From Candidatus Gottesmanbacteria bacterium (GTDB lineage: Bacteria > Patescibacteriota > Microgenomatia > UBA10105 > UBA927): DNA of 64,000 nucleotides. The stretch spans positions 320,696-384,695 of the forward strand of contig CAWBPL010000002.1 of the NCBI GenBank assembly GCA_963790805.1. Direction: 5' to 3'. The position numbers and the translations under genes are program-made. The notes below the pieces were generated by a model. That model did not search any database. It was not told the DNA's origin and saw only the letters and a program-made list of their open reading frames with translations. This document shows, one piece after another, positions 28,693-38,313 of this stretch (the stretch's first letter is position 1; each line of letters starts with the position of its first letter).

Positions 28693-28827
28693 GGCGGAAT
28701 TTAGCTCGGGATTGTCCTAAACCAATACGGTGCAGGAGTCCCCCGAATTAGCCCGATTTTCATCAAAATATTGCTATTTGGCGCTGCCTTGTGACAGGAA
28801 GCCGCTCTACCGTTGAGCTACAGGGGA
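28560..28827 (-). tRNA. tRNA-Asn(GUU) interrupted by a group I intron (exons 28794-28827 and 28560-28597)
   Basis: The joined exons read TCCCCTGTAGCTCAACGGTAGAGCGGCTTCCTGT/TAAGAAGAAGGTTGCAGGTTCGAATCCTGCCGGGGGAG. That gives a 7-bp acceptor stem, D and T arms, and the anticodon loop CUGUUAA. CCA is not encoded. Confidence 0.8.
28598..28793 (-). ncRNA. group I intron (IC3-like) in the tRNA-Asn anticodon loop
   Basis: The 5' exon ends in U, which pairs as CUGU with the intron's GCAG (P1 with a U.G pair). The intron ends in G. Core-like elements are ACAATCCCGAGCTAAAT, the CCGCC-tta-GGTGG hairpin, and GTAGAGACTAT...ATAGTCC (P7) enclosing the TCCCGAT-ttt-ATCGGGA hairpin (P8). Confidence 0.7.
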
Positions 28828-28845
28828 ATGTAAAAGAACTCCCAT

Positions 28846-28851
28846 ATTATA
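28846..28851 (-). promoter_or_regulatory. -10 box (TATAAT) for the tRNA-Asn
   Basis: TATAAT on the minus strand, 18 nt upstream of the tRNA 5' end. Confidence 0.45.
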
Positions 28852-29529
28852 TCATGGCCTTAAGATCGCTCCAATCCACCCTGTCATCTGTCTCGCAATT
28901 TTCACGTCTGACACGTAAAAAGTAAACACTCCGTATGTATGTATATTTTTACGAATCTTTTTACTCTCATCTTTTGAACGTACTCGATAAGACTTATAAA
29001 ACTGACTGATTGGAATTCCTGTTATTTTAGACCAAAACTCCTTTGCTGCAATTTCACTTAAATCCTCATGCAACCATAAGGCACCACGGAACTTACCCAA
29101 CGGGGTATGACAAAATTCTTTAAACCAATTAATCATAAACTGAATAATTCTTGGATCCGAATTCGCCAACGCGCAACCCTTATCTGTTTTTGTTCCTTCT
29201 GATGCATAAAAAGCTATTCCAGCTATAAATCTATCACGCTTGTTCAATAAGCCGACATTCTTCTTTCCCTCCAAAAATAACGCTTGAGTTTGAGCAATAC
29301 GTACTTTCTTTTTCTTTTCAGCCGCTATAATACTACCTTTAAGTGCACCCGATTTTTTACTTTCATAAAGTTCCTGCAATTGTTTTTTTGTCAACTGAAT
29401 ATCCTTGCACCAATCAGAAACCGTAGATTTCGGAATATGCAATGTATGCATAATTTTCAGATATGATCTTCCTTGACGCCGCATTTTTTGCGCCAACAAC
29501 TTTAATTCTAAACGTCCATAGTAGCCCAT
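28852..29529 (-). CDS. HTH plus LAGLIDADG-like protein (putative free-standing homing-endonuclease relative)
   Basis: N-terminal HTH (SYLKIMHTLHIPKSTVSDWC), then FIAGIAFYASEGTK, which resembles a LAGLIDADG motif. The assignment is tentative. Confidence 0.5.
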   Translation of the reverse strand: MGYYGRLELKLLAQKMRRQGRSYLKIMHTLHIPKSTVSDWCKDIQLTKKQLQELYESKKSGALKGSIIAAEKKKKVRIAQTQALFLEGKKNVGLLNKRDRFIAGIAFYASEGTKTDKGCALANSDPRIIQFMINWFKEFCHTPLGKFRGALWLHEDLSEIAAKEFWSKITGIPISQFYKSYRVRSKDESKKIRKNIHTYGVFTFYVSDVKIARQMTGWIGAILRP

Positions 29530-29644
29530 ACATTTATTTTATTATTCGGTTATTCATTAGTCAACTAAGTAATATACTTATTGTATGTTCGATTTAAAGA
29601 TAATCAGGAGAGCTTTTCATTAACGATGATATAATTCACGTATT

Positions 29645-30298
29645 GTGAAAAATGTATTCCTTGCCGCTATTTTCTTTTTTGTAGGCTTTGCAGCCGTATT
29701 AGGCTACCGCTATATGCATAAAATGGCCGCCGCAGTCGTGCCAGTCGCACATGTAACTTCGCCGTCACCCACTTTTACCCTCAACCCGCCAAGCCAGTCG
29801 GTAAGCGCAACACTGACAATTTTCCATAACAAAGTGAGTCAGCTAACGCGTACGGCCGATTCGTACCAAGAAGCGACAAATGGCGGGCAAATCCTCACTG
29901 GAGAATCCATTGCCACCGACGAAAAAGGTGCGGCCGTTGCAACGGTAAGCGGCATCGTGACCACCACACTTGGATCAAATACAGAACTCGTGTTCGCAAA
30001 CCTTTTTCCCGAGGATATGGTTTTACAGCAAAAAGGCGGCAAAATTCAGTACGACGTGACCGATACGGGTCTGCCTGTTGCCGTTCGCGCACTTCACACA
30101 CTGGTATCCATCAATTCCGGAACAACAATTATTAATGTCATTGATTCCGATATGTCGATAACCGTTAAAACCGGATCGCTGAAATTTGCACTTGTGGACA
30201 ACAATAACAATACCCACGTGTGGGAACTTTCTGCCGGTCATCGCGCAAACATAGACGATCCGACGCGAAGCGTGTACTTCGTCAACCTACTGCAATAA
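29645..30298 (+). CDS. signal-anchored hypothetical protein
   Basis: GTG start 9 nt after a TATAAT, an N-terminal TM, and a beta-rich body. Confidence 0.5.
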   Translation: MKNVFLAAIFFFVGFAAVLGYRYMHKMAAAVVPVAHVTSPSPTFTLNPPSQSVSATLTIFHNKVSQLTRTADSYQEATNGGQILTGESIATDEKGAAVATVSGIVTTTLGSNTELVFANLFPEDMVLQQKGGKIQYDVTDTGLPVAVRALHTLVSINSGTTIINVIDSDMSITVKTGSLKFALVDNNNNTHVWELSAGHRANIDDPTRSVYFVNLLQ

Positions 30299-30338
30299 GA
30301 ATTGCATGGGTATAATTGATTTTAGTCAAATTTTGATA

Positions 30339-31517
30339 TCACCATGAGAGCGAATAGGAATTTTTGTAATTCGTGAGGGGGTTTAAGATCGTGTCGTCTT
30401 CATATCCAAGCGCCCAGAGGGCGATACCTCCGAGATTGTATTTTTGGGCAAGTGCAATTTTTTCTTTCATAGAGGCTTCATCTTCGTAATAAATTTCGTT
30501 AAAATAATCGTTTTCAGGATAAATCACATAGGGCTCTTTTGATAACGGGTCGATCCCCCTTGTACAATTTGTGCAGTCTTTAAGTATTTCCGCCACACGC
30601 TCTGTGCTTGCGGTTGATGATCCCTCTGGAATGGTTGCCGACTCGGTTGCGTTATTTATCGTCTCCCATTCATAGCCGTAGAGAGGAATCCCTAGAAGAA
30701 CTTTTTCTTTCGGCATAACTTTGAGGGCCTCTTTCACCGCTGTTTCAACATCATATTCAATCGTTACCCCTGCTCCGGCAATTGGTGCGATTGCTCCCGC
30801 CGTATACGATCCAGTGTAATGATAATCGTATGTCATAAGAACGACGCTGTCCGCAATTTTTCCGAGCGCTTTGGCGTCGTAAAGCATTGGTTTCACAAGT
30901 GAAATCGGAATTAAATCAATGGTTAATGTACCCAATTGTTGATTCACTAATTCATCTTTAACTGTCTTGACAAACTCGGTGAAGTTGGCGCGTGACGAGT
31001 CTGAAGCGGTCATAAAACTTTCGATATCGAGATTGAGATCCGTAAATCCCTGCTCCTTCATGATTGGCACAACATCACCCATTAAATTTTTCGCACTCGC
31101 TTGGGGGTCCTGCATCATGTCACTTATTACGCCATCATCCCCGCTTATAACGAGAAGCGATTGCTTGAGGTTCTTTGTTTTGGCATCTGTCATCCGCGAT
31201 TTATAAGTATCTCCATTGAGCGCCGTCCATCCCGGCTCCTGCTCTTGGGGATTAACAAGTTTTACAACCGTACCGTCATGATCAAGCGCCAAACCGAAAT
31301 ACGTAAGCGTCGTCAGATATTGCTCGTACGGTTTATTTGCTTTATCCAAAAGCCAGTATGGTAAAAATCCGACGACCTGAGGTTTTTCAATGTTCAATGT
31401 AGTCAGAGTCGGATTATCAAACCGAAGCGGAAACCTACCAAGAACAACCAATACGCCGACACTCAACAGAGTTCCCGCCAACAAACTGATTATGCAAATG
31501 ACTATCGACTTTAGCAT
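30339..31517 (-). CDS. glycoside hydrolase family 18 protein
   Basis: FTDLNLDIE matches the DxxDxDxE catalytic motif. It also has MTYDYH and an N-terminal TM. Confidence 0.8.
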   Translation of the reverse strand: MLKSIVICIISLLAGTLLSVGVLVVLGRFPLRFDNPTLTTLNIEKPQVVGFLPYWLLDKANKPYEQYLTTLTYFGLALDHDGTVVKLVNPQEQEPGWTALNGDTYKSRMTDAKTKNLKQSLLVISGDDGVISDMMQDPQASAKNLMGDVVPIMKEQGFTDLNLDIESFMTASDSSRANFTEFVKTVKDELVNQQLGTLTIDLIPISLVKPMLYDAKALGKIADSVVLMTYDYHYTGSYTAGAIAPIAGAGVTIEYDVETAVKEALKVMPKEKVLLGIPLYGYEWETINNATESATIPEGSSTASTERVAEILKDCTNCTRGIDPLSKEPYVIYPENDYFNEIYYEDEASMKEKIALAQKYNLGGIALWALGYEDDTILNPLTNYKNSYSLSW

Positions 31518-31586
31518 GTTGATATTTTACCATGTTGAGGCAGAACTCCTCCTGAAGGATGTATTTTCTGTTCTTTCTACCGTACA

Positions 31587-32099
31587 ATGAGACGTATGAA
31601 CAACGCGATTCTTATCGTCTTCGGTTTACCGGGTGTTGGAAAATCGTATGTCGCCAAGATCCTCGCAGATTCGTTTGGCTATTTTCCCTACGACGGCGAC
31701 GACGCTTTGCCAAAAGATATGAAACAAGCCTTATTCCGAAAAGAATCGATTACTGATCAAATGCGAAAAAATTTTATTGCCAACATGATTGAATCGACAC
31801 AACAACTTGCAAAAAAACAGAACAAACTCGTCGTCCATCAAACGTTTTTAAAGGAATTCATGCGAAGGCAAGTAATAGACGCTCTTCCGCAGGCGAAATT
31901 AATTCTTGTTAAATCAAACAACGCCACCCGCGAACAGCGCTATATGAAACGGACCTATTTCAATTTAGGACTTGAGTATCTTAGGCATATGAGCAGCCTC
32001 TTTGAACCGGTCCGCACCGTTCACGACACTCTATATAATAATAAGGAAGGTAATAGGGAAATAACCATGCAACTGAAGCAGATTCTTAAGGTCAAATAA
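31587..32099 (+). CDS. P-loop kinase (AAA_33/gluconokinase-like)
   Basis: Walker A FGLPGVGKS. 170 aa. Confidence 0.6.
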   Translation: MRRMNNAILIVFGLPGVGKSYVAKILADSFGYFPYDGDDALPKDMKQALFRKESITDQMRKNFIANMIESTQQLAKKQNKLVVHQTFLKEFMRRQVIDALPQAKLILVKSNNATREQRYMKRTYFNLGLEYLRHMSSLFEPVRTVHDTLYNNKEGNREITMQLKQILKVK

Positions 32100-33188
32100 C
32101 TATTCCAGATAATCTTTCAGCTTCTTCGAACGTGAGGGATGACGAAGTTTTCTGAGTGCTTTCGCCTCAATCTGCCGGATACGTTCACGGGTAACGCCAA
32201 ACTGCGCACCGACTTCTTCGAGCGTTCGCGGCCGTCCGTCTTCAAGACCGAAGCGGAGAATAAGCACTTTTTTCTCCCGATCCGATAATGTGGTAAGTAC
32301 TTCCTCCATATGTTCTTTGAGAAGTTGTCGCGATGTCTGTTCATATGGCGTCGGACCCGGATCGGAAATAAAATCTCCCAAATGACTATCCTCTTCATCG
32401 CCAACCGGCGTTTCAAGACTGGTCGGTTCCTGTGAAACCTTCATAATCTCGCGGACTTTAGTAACATCGACCTCCATAACTTTGGCAATTTCCTCGGGAG
32501 TCGGCTCGCGGCCTAAATCCTGCATCAGGCGGCGGCTTGCGCGAACAAAACGGTTGATCGTTTCCACCATGTGAACGGGAATCCGGATGGTGCGGGCCTG
32601 ATCGGCAATTGCGCGCGTTATCGCCTGCCGGATCCACCACGTGGCATACGTCGAAAACTTATAGCCTTTGCGCCAGTCGTATTTTTCAACAGCACGGATA
32701 AGTCCCTGATTTCCTTCCTGAATAAGATCAAGAAGACTCATCCCGCGGCCGATATATTTTTTAGCAATGGAAACGACAAGCCGGAGGTTGCTTTCAATGA
32801 GTTTTTTCTTGGCTTTTCTGTCGCCTTTTTCGTAGCGCTTTGCGAGGGAAATTTCGTCAGCAAACGTCAGAAGAGGGATGCGCCCGATTTCCTTAAGGTA
32901 CATCCGGACCGGATCGGAAACACCTTCACTGGTTGCTTTAGCCAGCGCCTCAATTTCTTTTTCAAGATCCTGAATGCTTTTGGTCGCTTCTTTATCAGCT
33001 TCTTGTGAGGTCGTTTCAAAAACGTCTATATTGGCGCTTATGAGTTTATCGTAGACCTGATCGAGCTCTTTAATATGCTCTTCCGGCTTGGGGAACAGGA
33101 ATAAAATATCTTCCTGCGTGACGAATCCGTTCTCTTTGCCCTCGCGGACGAGGTCAGCAACTGTGGCTAATGTGTGTGTTTTTGGCAT
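32100..33188 (-). CDS. rpoD: RNA polymerase sigma factor RpoD
   Basis: Region 2 ([36 protein letters not shown]), region 3 and region 4 ([28 protein letters not shown]). Confidence 0.95.
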   Translation of the reverse strand: MPKTHTLATVADLVREGKENGFVTQEDILFLFPKPEEHIKELDQVYDKLISANIDVFETTSQEADKEATKSIQDLEKEIEALAKATSEGVSDPVRMYLKEIGRIPLLTFADEISLAKRYEKGDRKAKKKLIESNLRLVVSIAKKYIGRGMSLLDLIQEGNQGLIRAVEKYDWRKGYKFSTYATWWIRQAITRAIADQARTIRIPVHMVETINRFVRASRRLMQDLGREPTPEEIAKVMEVDVTKVREIMKVSQEPTSLETPVGDEEDSHLGDFISDPGPTPYEQTSRQLLKEHMEEVLTTLSDREKKVLILRFGLEDGRPRTLEEVGAQFGVTRERIRQIEAKALRKLRHPSRSKKLKDYLE

Positions 33189-33311
33189 ATATAACCGTGG
33201 ATCTTTGTCATCTTTGAAATTCGGAAGCCGAAACTGCCGGATTCAAAGCTAACAAACGACCTCGCTTGTTCATCCACCGATGAGGCGGAATCAACGGGAA
33301 GTATATCAAAT

Positions 33312-35126
33312 TTAACTCGATTTATCTAGACCCCGCAAATCGTCCGTTAGCCGCTGGAGCGCACGTTGAAACTCGACGATCTTTTTGGAATCACCCTCGT
33401 TTTTTTGTATATCTTCTGTCATATCGTGAATTTTTCGCCGGAGTACAACGGTTTTAAAATCCCGTATCGCCCGCAACCATTCACGCGTAAAAAGTTCTTC
33501 ATCGTTCAATAAATCAGTGATATCCCACAAAAATGCTTCATCGAGGGCTGACAGCAGTTCTTTCGGAATCATATCAGCAAAATCTTTGATAAGAAATATC
33601 TTTGCTCCCTCCGGTTCCCCTTCTTTTGGAGAAAGGTAGGTTACAAGATGATCGATGATTTTATGAACCGCAGGATGGGTAAATTCCGGCAATATGCCCG
33701 ACTCCTGCAAATCTTCAAACAGCTCAAATGTTTTTCCCTGAAGAAGAAGCGCTAAAATATACATTTCCAATTTTTCCGGCCGCGTTGATGCTTCTGCCGG
33801 AGAGGCTGACTTTTCAACAGTACGTTCTTTATACCCCATCTTTACCCGACGCATACTGTCGTCAATCACATCTTCAGAAGAATCCAGCGCAAGTGCAACT
33901 TTTTTCACATAGTGTTGTTGAACAACGGGATTTTCTATTTTCACCAATATTGGTGCCAATTCTTCGCTAATCTTCTTCTTTCCGAAAGCAGTCGCTGCGT
34001 CAAACCGGTTGAGGGCTGATGAGAGAAAATAATCATAGATCGGCACTGCGTCTTTGATGGCTTTTTTAAATATCGAGGGATTCTCCCTGACCGCTTCATC
34101 CGGATCTTTTCCGTTGGGAATATGGACCACCTTCATATCCAATCCCGCGCTATCCGCGATCTCAATCCCCCGACGGGCGGCAGCATCTCCGGCCATATCG
34201 CTGTCAAGCGCAAACACCAACCGTTCGGTAAACCGGCGGATGAGACGGACGTGTCCTTCGGTGAGAGCCGATCCCTTGATGGCAACGACATTGGATACCC
34301 CCGCCTGAAACGAAGAGATCACATCCAGTTCACCTTCCATAATGATCGCTTCGTTCTCTTTTTGAATCTCGTTTTTGGTGACATCCAGCGCGTAGAGAAT
34401 ATTGCTTTTTACATATACCGGCGTCTCTTGTGTATTAATATATTTTGCTTCTTTGGCCGTTGGATCCAAAACTCGACCGGCAAATCCCACAACATTTCCT
34501 CTGTGATCGTTAAGGGCAAACATAACCCGCCCGCGGAACCGGTCGTAATATCCCCGACTTCCCGCATGCGGATGGTCCATGCGGATGATAAGTCCCGCCT
34601 TCTCAAGCACGTCTTCCTCATACCCTTTCTTCCGCAAAAATTTATAGAGTGCATCCCAGCTGTTTGGACTATAGCCCAGCATGAACGTTTTTATAGATTT
34701 TTCCGTTATCCCGCGATTTTTAAAATACAAAAGTCCCTTTTCGCCCAAAGAATGTTTTGTCAGGACATAGTGATAATACTCACTTGCTAAATGATTGACG
34801 GCGAAAATTTTTTCTTTGAGATTTTGTTCAGGGATTGTACTGATTCTATGGGTAAGTTTGACACCCGCAAGCGTTGCAAGTTCCTCAAGTGCTTCGACAA
34901 AATCCACATGATGATACTCCATGAAAAAATCAAAAATCGTTCCGCCTTTTCCGCACCCGAAGCAATGAAAAATCTGCCGGTCAGGGGAAACGACAAACGA
35001 CGGAGTTTTTTCGTTGTGAAACGGACACAAACCTTTAAAATTCCGTCCGGCTTTTTTCAGCTTCACGTGTTTACCGATAACATCAACGATATTTAACCGC
35101 GATTTGATTTCATCAATATCACTCAT
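33312..35126 (-). CDS. dnaG: DNA primase
   Basis: Zinc ribbon CPFHNEKTPSF...CFGCGKGG and a TOPRIM domain (IIMEGELDV...DSDMAGDAA). It lies upstream of rpoD, as in the classical operon. Confidence 0.95.
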   Translation of the reverse strand: MSDIDEIKSRLNIVDVIGKHVKLKKAGRNFKGLCPFHNEKTPSFVVSPDRQIFHCFGCGKGGTIFDFFMEYHHVDFVEALEELATLAGVKLTHRISTIPEQNLKEKIFAVNHLASEYYHYVLTKHSLGEKGLLYFKNRGITEKSIKTFMLGYSPNSWDALYKFLRKKGYEEDVLEKAGLIIRMDHPHAGSRGYYDRFRGRVMFALNDHRGNVVGFAGRVLDPTAKEAKYINTQETPVYVKSNILYALDVTKNEIQKENEAIIMEGELDVISSFQAGVSNVVAIKGSALTEGHVRLIRRFTERLVFALDSDMAGDAAARRGIEIADSAGLDMKVVHIPNGKDPDEAVRENPSIFKKAIKDAVPIYDYFLSSALNRFDAATAFGKKKISEELAPILVKIENPVVQQHYVKKVALALDSSEDVIDDSMRRVKMGYKERTVEKSASPAEASTRPEKLEMYILALLLQGKTFELFEDLQESGILPEFTHPAVHKIIDHLVTYLSPKEGEPEGAKIFLIKDFADMIPKELLSALDEAFLWDITDLLNDEELFTREWLRAIRDFKTVVLRRKIHDMTEDIQKNEGDSKKIVEFQRALQRLTDDLRGLDKSS

Positions 35127-35162
35127 AGCAGCCGCAAGGATAACAGAAATGAGGCAAAACGT

Positions 35163-35780
35163 CTAACCAATCCGTGCAACCACACGGACTGGCGCTGCCT
35201 CCGCATGAAGCTTCATGGGAAATGCGAAAACGTCAAATGATGTAACACCAACCAAAGCCTCCAGATTTGTAAGGTTCTCAATAATCAAAACCGGTTTAGC
35301 AAGAAGAATTTTGTGTATTGGATATTCCTCACTTTTATCAGGATTCAGGATATCAAACCCAAGAATTTTGGCACCTACAGCTACGACTCCCCGTGCAAAC
35401 GCCTCGCTCATCGCGGGATATTCTGTAGCATATTCTTCAGTTCCGTACTTTTGCCCCATGCCGGTATAAACCAAAACTATAGCGCCCAGAGGAATTTTTT
35501 TGGGAAGCAAATCTCTATCGATAACCTTTTTACCTCGCGCGTCAATGAATACCCCCCGCCCCGCAAATTGATCGAGCGGCATATCCGACATATAAGCACC
35601 TCCCTCAATCATATGCAGTGGTGCATCCATGTGCGTACCAACATGCATGACGGTGGTAAGTTGATGATCGGTATACCCGTTTTTAGCAATGGTCGTAATC
35701 TGTTTAAGGCTTGTTGGCGGGTCACCGAAATATACCGGCATGTTATCAGTAAAGGTTTGAGTTAGATCAATGTATTTCAT
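35163..35780 (-). CDS. cyclase-family protein (kynurenine formamidase-like)
   Basis: The HVGTHMDAPLH metal-binding motif. Confidence 0.8.
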   Translation of the reverse strand: MKYIDLTQTFTDNMPVYFGDPPTSLKQITTIAKNGYTDHQLTTVMHVGTHMDAPLHMIEGGAYMSDMPLDQFAGRGVFIDARGKKVIDRDLLPKKIPLGAIVLVYTGMGQKYGTEEYATEYPAMSEAFARGVVAVGAKILGFDILNPDKSEEYPIHKILLAKPVLIIENLTNLEALVGVTSFDVFAFPMKLHAEAAPVRVVARIG

Positions 35781-35797
35781 GCCTTCTATTATATGTA

Positions 35798-36268
35798 TTA
35801 ATCGATAATTGGCAATGTGAAATGATTTTTTCGGTATTTAAGATAAAACCCGATACTTTCTCCGTGATCAAACGCAAGCTCGTGAAGCGGAAGAAGCTTA
35901 TCGATAGGAATCCATTCGACTTTCGATGATTCTTTATCACCCTCTCCGACTTTTTTCAGGGGGCGAATAAGAAAATCGAAGGCTACATTCTGACGATCCT
36001 CTTTCGGGCGATCTGGGCGCGTATTGATGCGAAAAAGGGAAATGATCTCCCCGACCCACCCCGTTTCTTCTTTGAGCTCCCGCAACATTCCCCGAGCCGC
36101 TGTCTCGTCACGCTCCAAAAAACCGCTCGGCAGTCCCCATTTACCGGCTTCCAACACATCCCCTGCACGTTTCTCTAAAAGAAGTGCCCCATCTCTCTCG
36201 ACGATTGCGTGAACCACAACATGCCGAAGGCTTGCATGTCCATCGTTTTCAAATGTACATGTTATCAT
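35798..36268 (-). CDS. NUDIX hydrolase
   Basis: Nudix box GKWGLPSGFLERDETAARGMLRELKEETG. Confidence 0.85.
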   Translation of the reverse strand: MITCTFENDGHASLRHVVVHAIVERDGALLLEKRAGDVLEAGKWGLPSGFLERDETAARGMLRELKEETGWVGEIISLFRINTRPDRPKEDRQNVAFDFLIRPLKKVGEGDKESSKVEWIPIDKLLPLHELAFDHGESIGFYLKYRKNHFTLPIID

Positions 36269-36459
36269 ACCGGATCCTTAAAACCGCATTTTGCATGTGA
36301 CCCGTCGCAAAACGGCTTGTTTTTTGACTGACCGCAACGACAAAGATGCATTTTTTCACCTGTAGACTCATGTATACCACCTTTTGCATCAATAACGGTA
36401 ATACCCGCATCAACTTCATACGGACCGTTGACCGTTGCTTTAATTGTTGGTTTGTTCAT
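36265..36459 (-). CDS. CDGSH iron-sulfur domain protein
   Basis: CRCGQSKNKPFCDGSH. I moved the start to MNKPTIK, which has GGAGG 5 nt upstream. Confidence 0.8.
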   Translation of the reverse strand: MNKPTIKATVNGPYEVDAGITVIDAKGGIHESTGEKMHLCRCGQSKNKPFCDGSHAKCGFKDPV

Positions 36460-36557
36460 ATATGCCTCCATAATTATTATAGACCATATTACGCTCATTC
36501 GAACGGGTTCTGCATCTGAGGTAAACACTGGTTGAATAATCGCATAATCACTGTATA

Positions 36558-36574
36558 TTTCAGCTATTTTTCAG
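36558..36574 (+). promoter_or_regulatory. TTTCAG-N5-TTTCAG direct repeat, site 1 (upstream of the RR gene)
   Basis: tttcagctatttttcag, with TATAAT (36584-36589) 9 nt downstream. Confidence 0.55.
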
Positions 36575-36597
36575 TTATTCATGTATAATACAAGGCT

Positions 36598-37272
36598 ATG
36601 AGAATCCTTGTCGTAGAAGACGAGCATAGAATTGCTCAATCAATCAAAAAAGGACTTGAACAGGAAAAGTATGCAGTGGATGTCGCCTATACAGGCACTG
36701 ACGGCTATGATCTTGCGTCTGCCGAAGAATATGATGTGATAATTCTCGACCTCATGCTTCCTGAGATGGACGGGTTAACCATGTGCAAAGAATTGCGAAA
36801 AAACAAAATTCACACACCCATTCTCATTTTGACGGCAAAGGGACAAATGGAAGATAAAGTTCATGGTCTGGATGCCGGAGCGGATGATTATCTCACAAAA
36901 CCGTTTTCTTTTGAGGAGATGCTCGCTCGAATCCGCGCGCTCTCACGAAGATCAAAAGATGCCTCAAATCCTGTTCTAACAGTTAATGACCTCACGCTCG
37001 ATCCAAAATCGTTCATCGTCACCCGTGCCGAGCAGCGAATTCTTCTTTCAAACAAAGAATTTTCGCTTCTGGAATTTCTGATGCGCAATGCGAATAAAAT
37101 TTGCACAAAAGATCAGATTATCGGACACGTATGGGATTATGAATCAAACATCCTTCCCAACACTGTGGAAGTATACATTCGAAACCTCCGAAACAAAATT
37201 GATCTTCCTTTTAAAAAAGAAAAACCGCTTATTAAAACTATACGGGGGTTCGGATATCAGATCGGACGCTAA
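36598..37272 (+). CDS. OmpR-family response regulator
   Basis: Receiver domain (ILVVEDE...DVIILDLMLPEMDG...LTAK) plus a winged-helix Trans_reg_C domain. Confidence 0.9.
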   Translation: MRILVVEDEHRIAQSIKKGLEQEKYAVDVAYTGTDGYDLASAEEYDVIILDLMLPEMDGLTMCKELRKNKIHTPILILTAKGQMEDKVHGLDAGADDYLTKPFSFEEMLARIRALSRRSKDASNPVLTVNDLTLDPKSFIVTRAEQRILLSNKEFSLLEFLMRNANKICTKDQIIGHVWDYESNILPNTVEVYIRNLRNKIDLPFKKEKPLIKTIRGFGYQIGR

Positions 37273-37275
37273 AAT

Positions 37276-38313
37276 ATGTTTCATTCAGCCCGCATAAAAC
37301 TCACTGCGTGGTATCTTGCTATCATCATGCTTATCAGCATTTCGTTCAGCGTGGTGATTTATCGCGTATTAACGAGTGAAGTTGATAGGCTCGCGACCAT
37401 TCAGCGGACGCGCATTGAGCGAAGGCTTCGCGAAGGCGGCGTACTGCCTGCTCCAACTATTCAAAATGCCCCTCCCCCGTTTCTTCTCAGCGATCCGGAT
37501 TTACTGGAGGAAACAAAACGTCGCGTTCTTTTAATACTTCTTGTCGTTGACTGCGGTATAACCGTGTTTGCGGGTGGTCTTGGATATTTTCTCGCCGGCC
37601 GGACATTGGAGCCGATTCAGGATATGCTCGATGAACAGAACAGATTTATTAGCGACGCATCGCACGAACTTCGTACCCCTCTCACATCGCTTAAAAGTGC
37701 GTTTGAAGTGTATCTTCGGGATAAACACCCCAAACCCACTGACGCCCACACCTTAGTAAAAGAAAGCGTTGATGAAGTGAATAAATTACAGGTATTATCC
37801 GAATCGCTTCTGGAACTTGCGCAATATCAAAAACCGGTTGGGGGCATGCTTATGGAAAAACTCATGCTCAATCAAATTGTAGATAAAGCGGTTCATCGCG
37901 TGGAACCGATGGCCCAGCAAAAAAAGATAACAATAAAAAAAGATATCCGGAATATCATACTAAACGGAAACATTCACGGGCTGTCTGATCTTCTTGTGAT
38001 TCTCTTGGATAACGCGATTAAATATAGTAACGACAAAACCAACATATATATAAAAGCTGTTAAAACAGATGGGCATGTTGAGTTGTCTGTTAAAGATCAG
38101 GGTATCGGAATCGCTTCCACAGATTTACCTCACATTTTTGACCGGTTTTATCGTGCTGACAGTGCACGAAGAAAAACGACTACGGGGGGGTATGGATTGG
38201 GTTTATCAATTGCAAAAAAAATAGTGAATACCCATAATGGAACTATACACGTAGAGAGTTCTATCGGAAAGGGTTCGACATTCATCGTACGTCTACCTAT
38301 ATCTTTCAGTTAA
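37276..38313 (+). CDS. sensor histidine kinase
   Basis: Two TM helices, the H-box FISDASHELRTPLT, and N, G1 and G2 boxes (DNAIKYS, DQGIGI, GGYGLGLSIA). Confidence 0.9.
   Translation: MFHSARIKLTAWYLAIIMLISISFSVVIYRVLTSEVDRLATIQRTRIERRLREGGVLPAPTIQNAPPPFLLSDPDLLEETKRRVLLILLVVDCGITVFAGGLGYFLAGRTLEPIQDMLDEQNRFISDASHELRTPLTSLKSAFEVYLRDKHPKPTDAHTLVKESVDEVNKLQVLSESLLELAQYQKPVGGMLMEKLMLNQIVDKAVHRVEPMAQQKKITIKKDIRNIILNGNIHGLSDLLVILLDNAIKYSNDKTNIYIKAVKTDGHVELSVKDQGIGIASTDLPHIFDRFYRADSARRKTTTGGYGLGLSIAKKIVNTHNGTIHVESSIGKGSTFIVRLPISFS

Noticed and set aside
34122-34790. A 222-aa plus-strand ORF, together with the many other long antisense ORFs in the track (for example 41023-41619, 39240-39608, 53392-54117, 21688-22092, 35313-35765, 32571-33008 and 59763-60179)
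   Set aside because: Each lies entirely antisense to, or out of frame within, a gene with strong family motifs (dnaG, the ABC permease, macA, the tRNA region, membrane protein, cyclase, rpoD). Their compositions are low-complexity shadow translations.
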